A DNA stretch of 63,545 bases, filler included, from Squatina squatina (lineage: Eukaryota): the NCBI GenBank assembly GCA_031763465.1. It is 3 parts of 3 records of this genome, joined end to end, with 100 filler letters (N's around TTAATTAATTAA, not from the genome) between each part and the next. Parts side by side here need not be neighbours in the genome. Positions count along the whole stretch, not along the records: positions 27,881 to 51,540 come from JARFOE010000016.1; 2 more parts are not named here. One strand, written 5' to 3'. Positions 36,126-49,234 of this stretch are shown here, piece by piece. The notes beneath the pieces were generated by a model. It saw only the letters and a program-made list of their open reading frames with translations. It was not told the DNA's origin and made no database searches. The translations under genes were made by a program, and so were the position numbers. Numbering within the stretch: the stretch's first letter is position 1; each line of letters starts with the position of its first letter.

Positions 36126-39074
36126 TTTTGTTTTTTAACTGGATTTGATGTAAAGTACAGACTTTTTAGATTGAGATAGTATGCTTCATCCTGACTGACA
36201 GAAAAGTAAGAGCTATTTGGATTTTATTTAAAAATGAGTGTGCTTTTGCTTGACTGATTGCTGGGTACAGGCGACCTGGCTTTCTTTTAAGAATAATGTT
36301 ATTTAGCTTGACTGACATAAAATCCGAGTAGCTTGTACTTATTTTAAATTTAGCTTGTTTTAACCTGACTGGCGATGAAATGCAAGCTGCTTGGATTTTA
36401 TTTAAATCACTTGGTTAGCTAGCCAAAGCCTTATGAAGTGCAGACTTTGCATTTTATTTCGTCCGAACACTGACAAATAAGCAAGAGACATGGAACAGCT
36501 CGCCTCCTCGCTCCCCTCCCCCCCTCGCTAAGCGGCAGGATGGATGNNNNNNNNNNNNNNNNNNNNNNNNNNNNNNNNNNNNNNNNNNNNNNNNNNNNNN
36601 NNNNNNNNNNNNNNNNNNNNNNNNNNNNNNNNNNNNNNNNNNNNNNNNNNNNNNNNNNNNNNNNNNNNNNNNNNNNNNNNNNNNNNNNNNNNNNNNNNNN
36701 NNNNNNNNNNNNNNNNNNNNNNNNNNNNNNNNNNNNNNNNNNNNNNNNNNNNNNNNNNNNNNNNNNNNNNNNNNNNNNNNNNNNNNNNNNNNNNNNNNNN
36801 NNNNNNNNNNNNNNNNNNNNNNNNNNNNNNNNNNNNNNNNNNNNNNNNNNNNNNNNNNNNNNNNNNNNNNNNNNNNNNNNNNNNNNNNNNNNNNNNNNNN
36901 NNNNNNNNNNNNNNNNNNNNNNNNNNNNNNNNNNNNNNNNNNNNNNNNNNNNNNNNNNNNNNNNNNNNNNNNNNNNNNNNNNNNNNNNNNNNNNNNNNNN
37001 NNNNNNNNNNNNNNNNNNNNNNNNNNNNNNNNNNNNNNNNNNNNNNNNNNNNNNNNNNNNNNNNNNNNNNNNNNNNNNNNNNNNNNNNNNNNNNNNNNNN
37101 NNNNNNNNNNNNNNNNNNNNNNNNNNNNNNNNNNNNNNNNNNNNNNNNNNNNNNNNNNNNNNNNNNNNNNNNNNNNNNNNNNNNNNNNNNNNNNNNNNNN
37201 NNNNNNNNNNNNNNNNNNNNNNNNNNNNNNNNNNNNNNNNNNNNNNNNNNNNNNNNNNNNNNNNNNNNNNNNNNNNNNNNNNNNNNNNNNNNNNNNNNNN
37301 NNNNNNNNNNNNNNNNNNNNNNGAACAGGAGTTGAATACAAGGCCACTGCCATTGGTATCAATAAGTTTCATTGTTAACATAATGAGAACTATGCAGGTA
37401 ATTTGCTCTCAATCGTGTTTGCATGTGTAAAACAAGGTTTAATACAGAAGAAGAATTACAAATCAGTATCCGATGTTCCATTCTTCAACAGTGTTCATTG
37501 GTTGCTGTCACATAGCTGCCAGTATTACTTATCACTGTCCTCTAAAAAGCAAATATTTTTCTACCTTGCTTAGTATAAGTTAGATCTATGTTTATGTGTT
37601 TTGTTGGTTTGTCAGTAATACTGCACAATTTTGATGTGCCATTTTACAATATTCTATTTCTATCAACTATTGGCGGATAATGGTTTTCGCCCAGCTCATC
37701 ACTAACACTGCCACTCACTCTACCATTTGAAAATGAACTGTTTCGCCACCTTATTGAACACAGGTTATCCTGTGTTTGTGTGCATTTTTCACAGTCAATA
37801 ACACTCTTGTAATATTGCAGCCCTATTCCACAGTTTGCTTCATTTCGGCACCGTTACTCAATTGTTAGCTGGAATGCCGTATGACCAGTGATCAAACACT
37901 GCTGTAATTGATGAATGGCACTGTATGATATAGATGGGTGGGGGAGGCGGACAGCAGTGACTTTTAAACAAGCATCGGCGTTATCTTGCTATCTGTAAAA
38001 ACCTATAATTTCCCCTTTCATTTATAAACAAAGGAAGAGGTCTTTTGATGACTTGTTTTTAACATTTGCTTCAATGAGTTTAAGGTAGTATGTTTCCAAC
38101 TCAACAGAACAAATGAACCAAGGTGGTTCACTTTACGAGTAAGCTACAGTACACTGCTGACGTTGTAAGATAATGGTGAAATTTCTGAGTGAGAGATGCG
38201 CCTGTCCTTCAGTATACTGGTGATATCAGTACACCACCACTGCTTTAGTGTTTATGAGACTCCACTCCCTCATTCTTTTCAACAAGAAGCAAAGTGCTTG
38301 TATTTTTGAGCTAGTTTGAAATGATTGTAATAGGTTATTGCTGCACCGACTTTGCAGAGTCTACACATCACAAATCAGTGGTCGCAAATGGCTGTAAATA
38401 TATGCTGGTTGGAACGTGAATTCTGTGTGCTTGTCACATCAGCAAGACACCACCACTTGAAAAGTGATGAGTCTCCAGTTTCTATTCGACTCAATGAGAA
38501 ACACGGCTTATTAAAAAAGCAACACCTGTATACCTAACAATAATTTATAATTTAAACCTCCCTGCCTTTTATTCTCTCTTTCCATCTCCCTGCATTTTCT
38601 CTTGCTGGTAAGTTTGATTGTGCCTCGACCCGCAGCTATATGGAGCACTCTGCAGGAGCAATGCCTGTTTTCCCAAACAAGTTTCATGCAGCAGAGATTT
38701 CTGTAATTGGGTTGAACCAGAAGTTGCTGTACGTCATTACATGTCCCAAGATCAAGGAAGTGAATATGAGCCAAACAGAAGCAGATTACAAAAATTAAAA
38801 AAACGGGGCTTGTTTACCTTTTAAGATATTAGCGCTGTTGAGGATTTCCTGTTTGCAAGCTGGAAATTCATACTTATGAGTAAAGGGGCAGTTTGGACTT
38901 GCTAAACTGGTGCCATATTCATGCCCCTCTTGCATGCTGTGTGTTGGGAAGACAATGTTGGGGACCTACATAACATAGCTTCCCATTGGCTTCTGTGCAT
39001 GGACTACACATGGGTAAAGTAATTGCTATCTTTTGGTCTGCTTATTGTAATTTTAGGCAAGAAAATGCACAACA

Positions 39075-39295
39075 GTTCGACAAGGTGCCACACAAAAGGT
39101 TAGTTTGCAAGATAAGAACCCATGGTGTTGGAGGTAATATATTAGCATGGATAGAAGATTGGCTAACTAGCAGGACGAGTAGGGATAAGGGGGTCATTTT
39201 TAGGTTGGCAACCTGTAGCCAGTGGGGTGCCACAGGGATCAGTGCTGGGACCGCAGCTGTTTACAATATATATTAATGATTTAGAGGAAGGAAGC
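39075..39295 (+). mobile_element. CR1 LINE reverse transcriptase fragment
   Basis: [31 protein letters not shown], then after a frameshift [24 protein letters not shown]. Confidence 0.9.
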
Positions 39296-41439
39296 NNNNN
39301 NNNNNNNNNNNCGTCTCAAGTGGACTTCCAGTGCATCTGATGACTATAGGCAGATAAGATTACTGTTGGGGTTATTGAAAGGTTATGGCTCTGTCCTGGG
39401 TAAAATGCACCTGTTGTAATGGATTAAAATTATGGGTGAATGAAAAAAAAGTGTCCTATAAAAGGAATATTAAAATGACTATTTAGTGTGAGTGTGAACT
39501 TAATTAGGAAAAGGTGGGCTTTGCAAGTCTCTGAAAGCTTATGAGATTTTTTTTAGGGAGTAAATAACTACGACTCTTAGCATAAGGACGGCTTCTGGCA
39601 ATTAACAAGTCTAAAGTAATTTTTGAAAATGTCAGGGTCTCATTTAGCAAAAGGATAAATAATATATGAGGCATAATTACTGTCCTGAGCTGCTGTATGG
39701 TTTACTAGTGTCATTAGTAAACTAACGGTATAATATCTTCATGTCACAGTTTAATTATATGTTGTAATTAGTTTCAGCAATGGATTCCAGCTAGTCAGAT
39801 CCCCTGAGCTAAACAATAGGTAATGGAACTTTCTGCAGGCTGCATTAATCAATTATGAAAGTGTCTTGGGTTATTTGATGCTTGTTTACATTAATTTTAT
39901 GCAATAAAACTGCTGAATCTTATCATTAGTGCTTAGGTGCAAGGCTTTGCTGTAAAATTCATCCATGTAGTGCTACTTCTCTGTTGCTATAGAAACGTGA
40001 TGGTCGGTTCACATGGAAACATATCTCAGGTCCACTATTAAAATGATGACTGTGAACTGGAATGCTCTGTGAATGTCACACGGCAAGCTAGTGGAAGATG
40101 TGGGCCTGCTCTGACATAACCTTAGATTTTTTTTAAAGATGCAGACCACATTAATTTCAGCAATTTAGGATAGCCAGCAAAAATGTTTGCACAAGACTTT
40201 AAAATCAAATAGAATGTATCTTTCAATTTGCCAATAAAGAATCAAATAAATAGGCAAAGATTGAATTGCTGCTCGGAATCTCAGCTGTGATTGATCCTGC
40301 GTCCCTTTGATGAATCCACTAATTGTGTGTCCCAAATTGTCCCCTCTCTTGTCCTTTGANNNNNNNNNNNNNNNNNNNNNNNNNNNNNNNNNNNNNNNNN
40401 NNNNNNNNNNNNNNNNNNNNNNNNNNNNNNNNNNNNNNNNNNNNNNNNNNNNNNNNNNNTGTCCCAAATTGTCCCCTCTATTGTCCTTTGAGAGCTAGTG
40501 TATGAGAATATGCAGATCCCTGTTGAATAACTATAGATAGAGGAAATTGCACATTAAGCAGTGAAATCTGCATGTATTTCAAGAGCCAGAAGGACTACAG
40601 GCACTCATGAGTGAAATAAATTCTAGATTCCACCGTATAACATGCAATGTCCTATGTATTCCACATATTTGAACAAAAGAACATGTATCAGCTTAATTCT
40701 AAAATAAAGCATCTATTGAAATGACAGGAGAGGTTACCTTGTTTGAGTGCGCCTCAACATGCAAATACTGCGTGCAACAAAATCTTTTGGTATAAAAACA
40801 TTGGCATGTTTCACGGTTGACCTACAACTCCACTCCGCCCTTCAACACTTAATCCTTCATAGTGTTTGTATAGGTCTCCTCTCACACTGCCTATTTCTGT
40901 CAATTTTTACCCTGTGTCTTACATCCACATCAGGCTGCACAAATCTAAATGTTAATCCTTCTGTTGGGAACGCTTTCCTAAAGTTCTTTTCTATAACGCC
41001 TTAAAATACGGGAATAACATTTTATTTTTTCATCAAATGAGCCCTGGGTTCTGCTGCCAATGCCTTGTTGTATTCACAACAGGATTTCTGCATCTCTGGG
41101 GAAAACTGCACAAAATAATTATTTTATCAATCTAAAAGACTTTCTTTTGAAAATAAACAAAAAAAAATGATTTATAGAAAAATGTAATTAGTCTTGGAAG
41201 ATTGTTCTGAAAATAGCAAAAGAAATCTTGAAATGTTATGCTTCTGTAGTAGACTAGTCAAGGCAGAATGCAGAAATTGAATTTTACATCATCTACCCAA
41301 GGCATTCTATACCTCAGTACTAGACACTAATCTTAAACTGTGTAATGCCCCAGTATGAAGCACGTGATATCCCTGCAATTAGGATACAGGCAGTATGGTG
41401 CCACAGCGACACCCAGGCTGCTCCCTTCAATCAGTTCCT

Positions 41440-41670
41440 GTTCATCACTGAGCTCCTCATGCAGATTATCCTATATATACCTGCCTGTATTAGGGATGAA
41501 AGAGTTGACTGCTCCTGGCTATCACCTTCCATTGCCCCTGGCCTGCACTTCTTGGGGACCCATGCCATTCTCGCCAATCAGGGCCTTCCTCATCTGCTTC
41601 ACTTGCTCCAGCAGCACTTCCAAAGCTGCGTCCATAAACCTAAGACAAGGGCTCGCTGCCCCCTTGCGAG
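41440..41670 (-). pseudogene. Degenerate Myb/SANT-like DNA-binding gene of a Harbinger transposon
   Basis: LRFMDAALEVLLEQVKQMRKALIGENG (41644-41564), followed with frameshifts by QWKVIAR and VNSF, matching the pattern 'RFS..ELEVL..EV.....L ... W..IA..VN'. Confidence 0.65.
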
Positions 41671-43769
41671 CCTGCCAGACATCATCTTCAAACAAAATTT
41701 AATGCTGTGCTCCAAATTCATTTTTGCGATGCCTGTCCCTTTAAGGCGCTAGAGGCTTTTAAATTTAGCAATAATAAGCTAGTATCCACCCCTCCAACCT
41801 TTCTTCATGAGTGAACTCAGTCAGAGATGTTCTTGACATCTGAAGCTTGCCCTATATTTTAATTCAGGCTAATTCAGGGAATTGCAGTTGTCAGCCCATT
41901 TAAACTTGGCAGGAGTGAGTTGCATTCCGCCCTACTTATAGTCAAGGATTTGCCCAAGTAGAAAATTTAAGTTTGATTTCTTTATTGTCAATAGGCAGAA
42001 TGATTCCTCCTACCTTCAACCAATTCCTATTGACCCAGGTTAATTAAATTAGTTGACTTCTCTCAATAAATTACCCTGTAGTCGTGGTCATGAAGTTAAT
42101 TGATCTCAGTCATAAAATTGCCACGAGCTATGCTCAATACATAGAAATTACAACACAGAAATAAGCCATTCAGCTGAAGCAGTGTATGTTGGTGTTTATC
42201 CTTCACACAAGTAGTAGACCTAAGCCCATGGGTGTATCCTGTTCCTTTGTCCATCTTACCTTCAACCACCTCTCTCGCCTATTTTTAAATGTTGACATGA
42301 TCGTTGCTTCAATTACTAACTCCCTCACCCACTCCACCACTATTAAGTTTCCTAGTCTAATTAATTTCCACCTAATTTTCATCCTTTTAGTTCCCTCAGA
42401 ACCTCCTTTTAATGATTTGTCTCGTATTCCTGCTCAGGGTTCACATACTCTTGTGGAAAGCTTGTCCCTGTGTGGGGTTCCAATGCACTGAACTATCACA
42501 CGCCACACGTAATGTTTTCAATAGTTTTGACCATTTTTATAGCAGACTTACATTCATGATTTCACCAGTTTCATGTGGCTACAAATAGTCAGTCATTGAA
42601 TAATTTACTAAAATGCCCATGTAGCTAGTCTTGATTTTATTTTAAAAATTGAACTTTTTTCAAAAGTTAGGGATATGATTTGGTGGATCAAGAAATGTAA
42701 ACGATGGTGTGGAACAAATGATAAGATTAGCATGCTGATATAAATTGTTAATGGGTGCATAGATATGAACAGCAGATTTTTCTGTGTGTTAAGCAGGTTA
42801 ACGGTTTATAAATATATATGTCTAGACATTTATNNNNNNNNNNNNNNNNNNNNNNNNNNNNNNNNNNNNNNNNNNNNNNNNNNNNNNNNNNNNNNNNNNN
42901 NNNNNNNNNNNNNNNNNNNNNNNNNNNNNNNNNATCATATAATATCCATTGTTCAGTTTATTTTTTAGAGGAAAGTACCCTTATTAAGGTGCAGTAATGC
43001 CGTATTAACCAAGGCTAAAGTGAAATAAGATAAATCCACAGTGGTTTTAGTGAAAGGTTCTATCTTAACAGCTTCCTGTGCAGTACTATGATATTCTTAC
43101 CCCCCTATGCAGAATTAGGACATTACTGCGTCATCACTAACAGCTTTCTTGAAGGTGACCAGTTGAATTTTACCGCACATGGAAAATGTTTTATTAAAAC
43201 AGTGCCCTGCTACCAATAACTCAGTGTATGGAAATATGACTTCCATATAGAAAATGTAAAAGCACATTATGGAATTTGATGAGGTACTGTGCTCATACAT
43301 AATAAATGTCGGCAAGACACTCTCCTCCCCCATTCTATAAAGAATAGGAATCCTCGTAACATCACTGGTAAGACATCAGGATATAGAAAATAGAACACAA
43401 ACATTGTTGCATTTTTCATTTTATTCCTGAGATTACTTACTGCTTTTAAAAGATTTACTTGGATTCTTTAAAAGACGGTGTATTCTGATTTCTCCCCCTC
43501 CTCTTCAAATACGTTGCTCTTATTGGGAGTGAATTCCACAGGTGTGGGCATCCCACTGGCACAGCACCCAAATGGCCATTCTTCATGCAAGAGTCTACGC
43601 GGCTGGTGCCATCAGGCTATCTGACTGTATGGGAAACCACAGGACTGCTAAATCCTGGCCTCTCTCAGTGTCTACACACTCACATTTTTCCTTGGGGGAA
43701 GGATTTAATGGATAGCAATCAAGTTTAGGATGCTTTCTTGATTCCTAGCCCAGAGGTGTTAAAAAAGAA

Positions 43770-44034
43770 AGACTTGCATTGATATAGCGCCTTTCACAAC
43801 CACCAGATGGCCCAAGGCACTTTACAGTCAATGAAGTTTTTTTTGAAGTGTAGTCACTGTAATGTAGGTAACGCTGCAGCCAATTTGCGCACAGCAAGCT
43901 CCCACAAACAGCAATGTGAAAATAACCAGAAAATCTGTTTTAGTGATATTGATTGAGGGATAAATATTGGCCAGGGCACTGGGGAGAACTCCCCTGCTCT
44001 TCCTCAAAATAATGCCGTGGGATCTTTTACAACC
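43770..44034 (-). mobile_element. Deu-domain SINE (SacSINE1-like) abutting or inserted into an older SINE
   Basis: gacttgcattgatatagcgcctttcac...gcagccaatttgcgcacagcaagctcccacaaacagcaatg; clearly homologous to the 24110 copy. Confidence 0.8.
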
Positions 44035-44479
44035 NNNNNNNNNNNNNNNNNNNNNNNNNNNNNNNNNNNNNNNNNNNNNNNNNNNNNNNNNNNNNNNNNN
44101 NNNNNNNNNNNNNNNNNNNNNNNNNNNNNNNNNNGGCCAAATGGCCTATTCCTGCTCCTATTTTCTTTATGTTTCTAAAGGTGAAAACTATTAATTTTCT
44201 ACGGAAGAACAGATTAAGCCGTATAACTCTTGTCAACAGCTGGACAACCAATAACTGCCATGTTACAGAAGACATGGCTAATCCCAAATGATAGGAGCAA
44301 ATATAACTCGCAGAGGGCATTTAGGATGGATGATAGACAAAAACAGGAAAGTTGAAGCTGGATGCCTTATACGTTAGGCAGACTGGGAGGCTAAGGCAGG
44401 TGAGCGAGCACTGCAGTAAAATAAAACAATACTCTGAAACTCTCCTGGTGCTTTGTGTTCAATGAGAAATGGGACAGGT

Positions 44480-45227
44480 GAACATTTGGGGTTTGCTAAA
44501 GACCCATCAGGTTAATGACTTGTCACTTGACAATAATATTAGAAGGGTGAGTGAGGAACAGAACTGACAGGATACATTAGCCATTCCTTCAACTAGGAAT
44601 GTCCAAGTGGCAAGTAATCTGAGCTTATCACAGTTCATGACTGCTTCCAGAATCGGTGCCTCAAGGAGCCGAGAAGAAGCAGTTTTTAAGATTTGGCTCC
44701 TGTGAGTGATCCAGGCATTAATCAAAGAGCAGAAGTAGCTGAACCCTTGGTGATGTTAACTTTCAACTGGATTTGGGTAACAGTGAAGATGGGCATAAAA
44801 CTTCAGGGGCATGAGGGCTGAGCTGAGAAGCAAGGTCGGTGGATCTCCCTTAAGATTTCACTGGAGGAGGATAAATGAACATCTTCAAAAATATTACGTG
44901 GGACATGCAGAGCAAGTACATAGTGAGCATAGCAAAAGGAAAATAAATGCAAACTCTCCAAAATGGATCAACAGGTGAATTAAAAGGAAATTTAAGAAAA
45001 ACATGTAGGTAGAAGAGGGTGACCATTGGACTACGTAGACTGAGTAGGAGCAGGTCATAGATCAGGGAAGCCAAGAGTAAACTGGAAAGGGACAACTAAT
45101 TGGATGCAAAATATAATGGCAAAAATTCTACCAACACTTTAACAGTAAGAGAGGAGTAAGGGGGGGAATCAAAATCCTAAGGGGCCCAAAGGTCAACATA
45201 GGGATGAATGAGAGAGGCGCAATATGC
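44480..45227 (+). mobile_element. Highly degenerate CR1-like ORF2 fragment
   Basis: Residual similarity to the endonuclease-RT linker, e.g. aaattctaccaacactttaacagtaagaga, roughly KFY.Y..SKR. Confidence 0.4.
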
Positions 45228-47952
45228 NNNNNNNNNNATGCCAAAAGACTATTTGCTGAAGGTTTTTTTTTAAATCAGAGAGGATTTCAAAGTGTGTGCA
45301 TCATGGGACTGGACCTTATATAAACAGAGCTTTGAAACATACACAAGAGGCTGAAAACCATTAAATCCCCTGGGACAGTTAAGACAGGACAGGCACTTCA
45401 AACATCCTCCCTTGTCTCTCTGAGCACCATTGGTCATTTTGCAGCAACTTTGAGGAAGTTTCAACAGGCCAGAAACAGACAAATGTACAAGAGTACTTTC
45501 GGATTTTGTGAATTTGTACAGTCATGGTGAGTGGAGGAGGTGAAAAGCAAGACATTCCACAATGCAGTTTGGAAAATGTTCAGTAAATCTTCTTTCATGT
45601 TTAAGCACCATATAAAATGCCCGTGTAGACATACAGGTCTGCCATATATTGTTTGGAGTCCAGAAAGGACTGTATTCAGGGAAAGAGGCACACATAATGC
45701 CCATTTAAAAATGGTACTAGTGCTCCCATCATACACTGATCCGTTGCATTGTTTCGAAGTAGTGAGGCACTCCACAGCAGAGGCTGCTGGTCTTCATGGG
45801 CCTAAACATGAGACTTGATGGACACATGTGAAGTTTAAATCCCTGTTCCATTAATTTGCAGATATCTCAGGTTGCTGAGAGCTCAGATTAACAGATCTTG
45901 GTTTTCAGATGTAGGTTTCATCCGCTAATTTCATTTACAGTGTTTCCAAATCTCCCTGCTCACGAAATTCAACCAGGACAGACCAGCGAGTAACTCTGTG
46001 GGTCAATTACCAGGGCTCAGAGGCTATGCCTGACCCTAGGGCTGGAGTTAGAATACCACTGTTCTACAATAGTGCTTCGTATCCACTTGCAAAAAAAAAA
46101 CTAGGAACAAACAATGTTGTTTATTTTAAAATATGCCCCTTTTAGGACATTTTAAGTCCTGTTTATACTTTACAAACACCAGAGATTGCATTCAATTTGG
46201 TCTACAAGTTCTGCTCTGAGCCCTCAGTTTGTGTGTGGGGAGATATTACATATTATTGAATTGCCCGCTTGACACATGTACTGAATTTTAATTTCTAGTT
46301 GAAATTAATTTGTTTTTATGCTAAAATATGCAAACTTCTTTCTTTCTCAGCACCCAAACCATGCCAACAGGAAGAGGCAGGAATCTCGACTCTGAAATAT
46401 GATGACAGTAAATAAGTCCCCAGTGTTTATTTTCCTACAGTTGTTAGAACCCTGCTGGAAATTCNNNNNNNNNNNNNNNNNNNNNNNNNNNNNNNNNNNN
46501 NNNNNNNNNNNNNNNNNNNNNNNNNNNNNNNNNNNNNNNNNNNNNNNNNNNNNNNNNNNNNNNNNNNNNNNNNNNNNNNNNNNNNNNNNNNNNNNNNNNN
46601 NNNNNNNNNNNNNNNNNNNNNNNNNNNNNNNNNNNNNNNNNNNNNNNNNNNNNNNNNNNNNNNNNNNNNNNNNNNNNNNNNNNNNNNNNNNNNNNNACTC
46701 ACTTAACAGAACAGGCTTCCACAGCAATGAACAGGGGATATTTTGGCTTTTAAAAATCGATACACTTAAATGGGCTACAGATGGAACAGGCAGACACTTC
46801 AGACTATATGAAAATATGGAACTGGCTCCATTCAAGGAAAGGCAGCGGCTGTAAAGGTACGGGCAAATCAAATGCCGCACGTTAGTAATGAGTTAATGAA
46901 GAATGACCATTCTTTGATAGGGACCTGCAGCACAAAATAAAGAATAGCAGGTGAAATAAGCCACCTAACCTTGGCTGCTGTATTCCCAATATATACAGTT
47001 GTATCTTTGGTCAGACATTTAGGTCATAATGAGTATTGATCAGCCTATTATAGTGTATTACCCACTAACTGGATTCTACCCATGTTTAAAGACAAGTCCA
47101 GTGCCTTTGTAACTGACAGACGCTAAATTCAGATGTACAGGGGAAATCGAACTCCCAGAAGTCCAGGCTGGAGCTGTCTGACTTTTGTTTCCTTGGCCTT
47201 ANNNNNNNNNNNNNNNNNNNNNNNNNNNNNNNNNNNNNNNNNNNNNNNNNNNNNNNNNNNNNNNNNNNNNNNNNNNNNNNNNNNNNNNNNNNNNNNNNNN
47301 NNNNNNTAATTTGGTTTGCTCCTAGTTAAAGGGCTGTAACCATCAAAGGAAGTAACAAGACCTGTATTAAAATAGATTCTAAGGGTTCAAGGGGAATTGC
47401 CTATGAAATTATTTTCCTTCTGTCTCTCTCTCACTCAATTTCTATTTTTCAATGCTTCTTGCCATACAGACTTCATTTTTTTCAGAGTTTGTCTAAATGA
47501 TGGAGTTGTTTCTTGGCATTTGTGTGCTTAGGCGCTTAATTAAAGCAATCCATATTGAATTCTTGTCCAGTCCTCTTGACCAGGCAGGCTCAGGGTCATT
47601 GGAATGCCAGATGTTTTAGTGGCGTGCAGCCTTGTGCATACTAATCATGGGTGCAGCAGTGATTCATCACCCCCACTGCTGCTCCAGCATATACAACCAC
47701 TTATGACATGTAATTGGTAGCACCATAAGCAGTGAGGATGCATTAAAACCTACAGACAGTCACAGATAAAAATTAATGACTCCTTGGCTTCTTGTAATCC
47801 TACAAGATTGGGCTGTAAAGCTACACTAAATAGGTACCAAAGGACAATGGGCNNNNNNNNNNNNNNNNNNNNNNNNNNNNNNNNNNNNNNNNNNNNNNNN
47901 NNNNNNNNNNNNNNNNNNNNNNNNNNNNNNNNNNNNNNNNNNNNNNNNNNNN

Positions 47953-48113
47953 CGCCATACGGCAGCCCGATCAGGGCCATGGGACTGACAGAGCCCACGC
48001 CATACCGCAGCCCGATCAGGGCCATGGGACTGACAGAGCCCATGCCATATAGCAGCCCGATCGGGGCCATGGGACTGGCAGAGCCCATGCCATATAGCAG
48101 CCCGATCAGGGCT
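47953..48113. repeat. 45-bp tandem repeat, ~3.5 visible copies, starting at a gap
   Basis: Unit cgccatacggcagcccgatcagggccatgggactgacagagccca. Confidence 0.9.
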
Positions 48114-48541
48114 ATCGGCGGTGACATTTTCCCAGGTAATTCTATCGGTGACGAACCCTCAGGCGCCAGATCGCCATTGGGCAAAGACCCTGCACCCGTT
48201 GGAATGTAAATCTCAGTCCCGAGGTTTAGCGCCTACAACAAGATGTCGGCCGGAGCTGTCAGACAAGTGGGACACCAACTTTTGTAGGCATTGCCTTTGG
48301 GAGGTCTCTTTCGGAGCAAAGTTTGGGGAATTCTGAAACGGAGCAACAACGAGGCGCCACGCGCACTGATGATGTCATTGGAGGCGCAAAATCAATCTCA
48401 CCTGGCCGCGGAGTCGCAGAAGTTTAATTCTAAAGTTTTACCCGAGCAAATTTTGCGGGAGGCGCTAAACAGCGATTTAATGCCTAAAGAATTTTTAACG
48501 CCCCATTAACCGAATTTTGCACCCTCCCGAATTTCACCCCC
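48114..48541. mobile_element. CpG-rich terminal part of a Harbinger-like DNA transposon
   Basis: Ends in gaatttcacccc (same end at ~14161-14171) and carries ggcgctaaa/ttaacgcc subterminal motifs like the 7802 element. Confidence 0.5.
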
Positions 48542-48883
48542 ATTATGTTTACTTATGAAACTTCAGCACATTTCTTCAGTCATAATATTATCTGAATGAA
48601 CTCCAAAATGTTAACCATTGTTATATTTCCTAGTTTCATGTAAAACTATCGTTGTGGTTCTTACAGAATGAATTAGACTGGATTCAAATCAACAGTATTG
48701 ATACTATTTGCACAATGCACATTTACACTTATTTTGGATTTAATCCAAGTTAAACCGTCCGTGTAAATGGAACTTTAATTCCTTCTCTTAATGATTATTG
48801 GCAGCAAATACACTTGTCCACGCAGCATTAGTTAAAACTAATTGCTGCAAGCAATGGGAAATAATGGGTAAAAGGCAAAGAGT

Positions 48884-48905
48884 GAGAGAGAGAGAGAGAG
48901 AGAGA
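48884..48905. repeat. (GA)n microsatellite
   Basis: Direct reading. Confidence 0.9.
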
Positions 48906-49234
48906 CGGGGACAAGAAATTCTTGACCACAAACATCTTCAAACTGAAATAGTGGATAGTGGTAATCCAATTTAGAAGAGATAACAGTCTTCTGTTACTTC
49001 TGTCCTTTCCTGGACGAACCCCTTACTGGCGTGTCAACNNNNNNNNNNNNNNNNNNNNNNNNNNNNNNNNNNNNNNNNNNNNNNNNNNNNNNNNNNNNNN
49101 NNNNNNNNNNNNNNNNNNNNNNNNNNNNNNNNNNNNNNAGCTTTTCCCGAAACAACCAGCATTTCCTCAATATATTACTCCAGTTTAGATGCAATTGGTG
49201 TTTGCAATTTAATGCCAATTTCTACACCAGAGAT

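Noticed and set aside
36431-37430. Long ORFs of 260-316 aa, and similar ones at 541-1120 and 46347-46880
   Set aside because: They consist almost entirely of X from N gaps.
40738-41105. Candidate upstream KDM4C exon with acceptor-like and donor-like ends on the minus strand
   Set aside because: All three frames hit stops within about 30 codons of the acceptor, and there is no KDM4 motif.
43115-43333. 'LVTFKKAVSDD' as the KDM4C 'TLVKQQA.SDE' exon
   Set aside because: The preceding 'RHPLS.PP.RSP' is absent and there is no donor site at the expected position.
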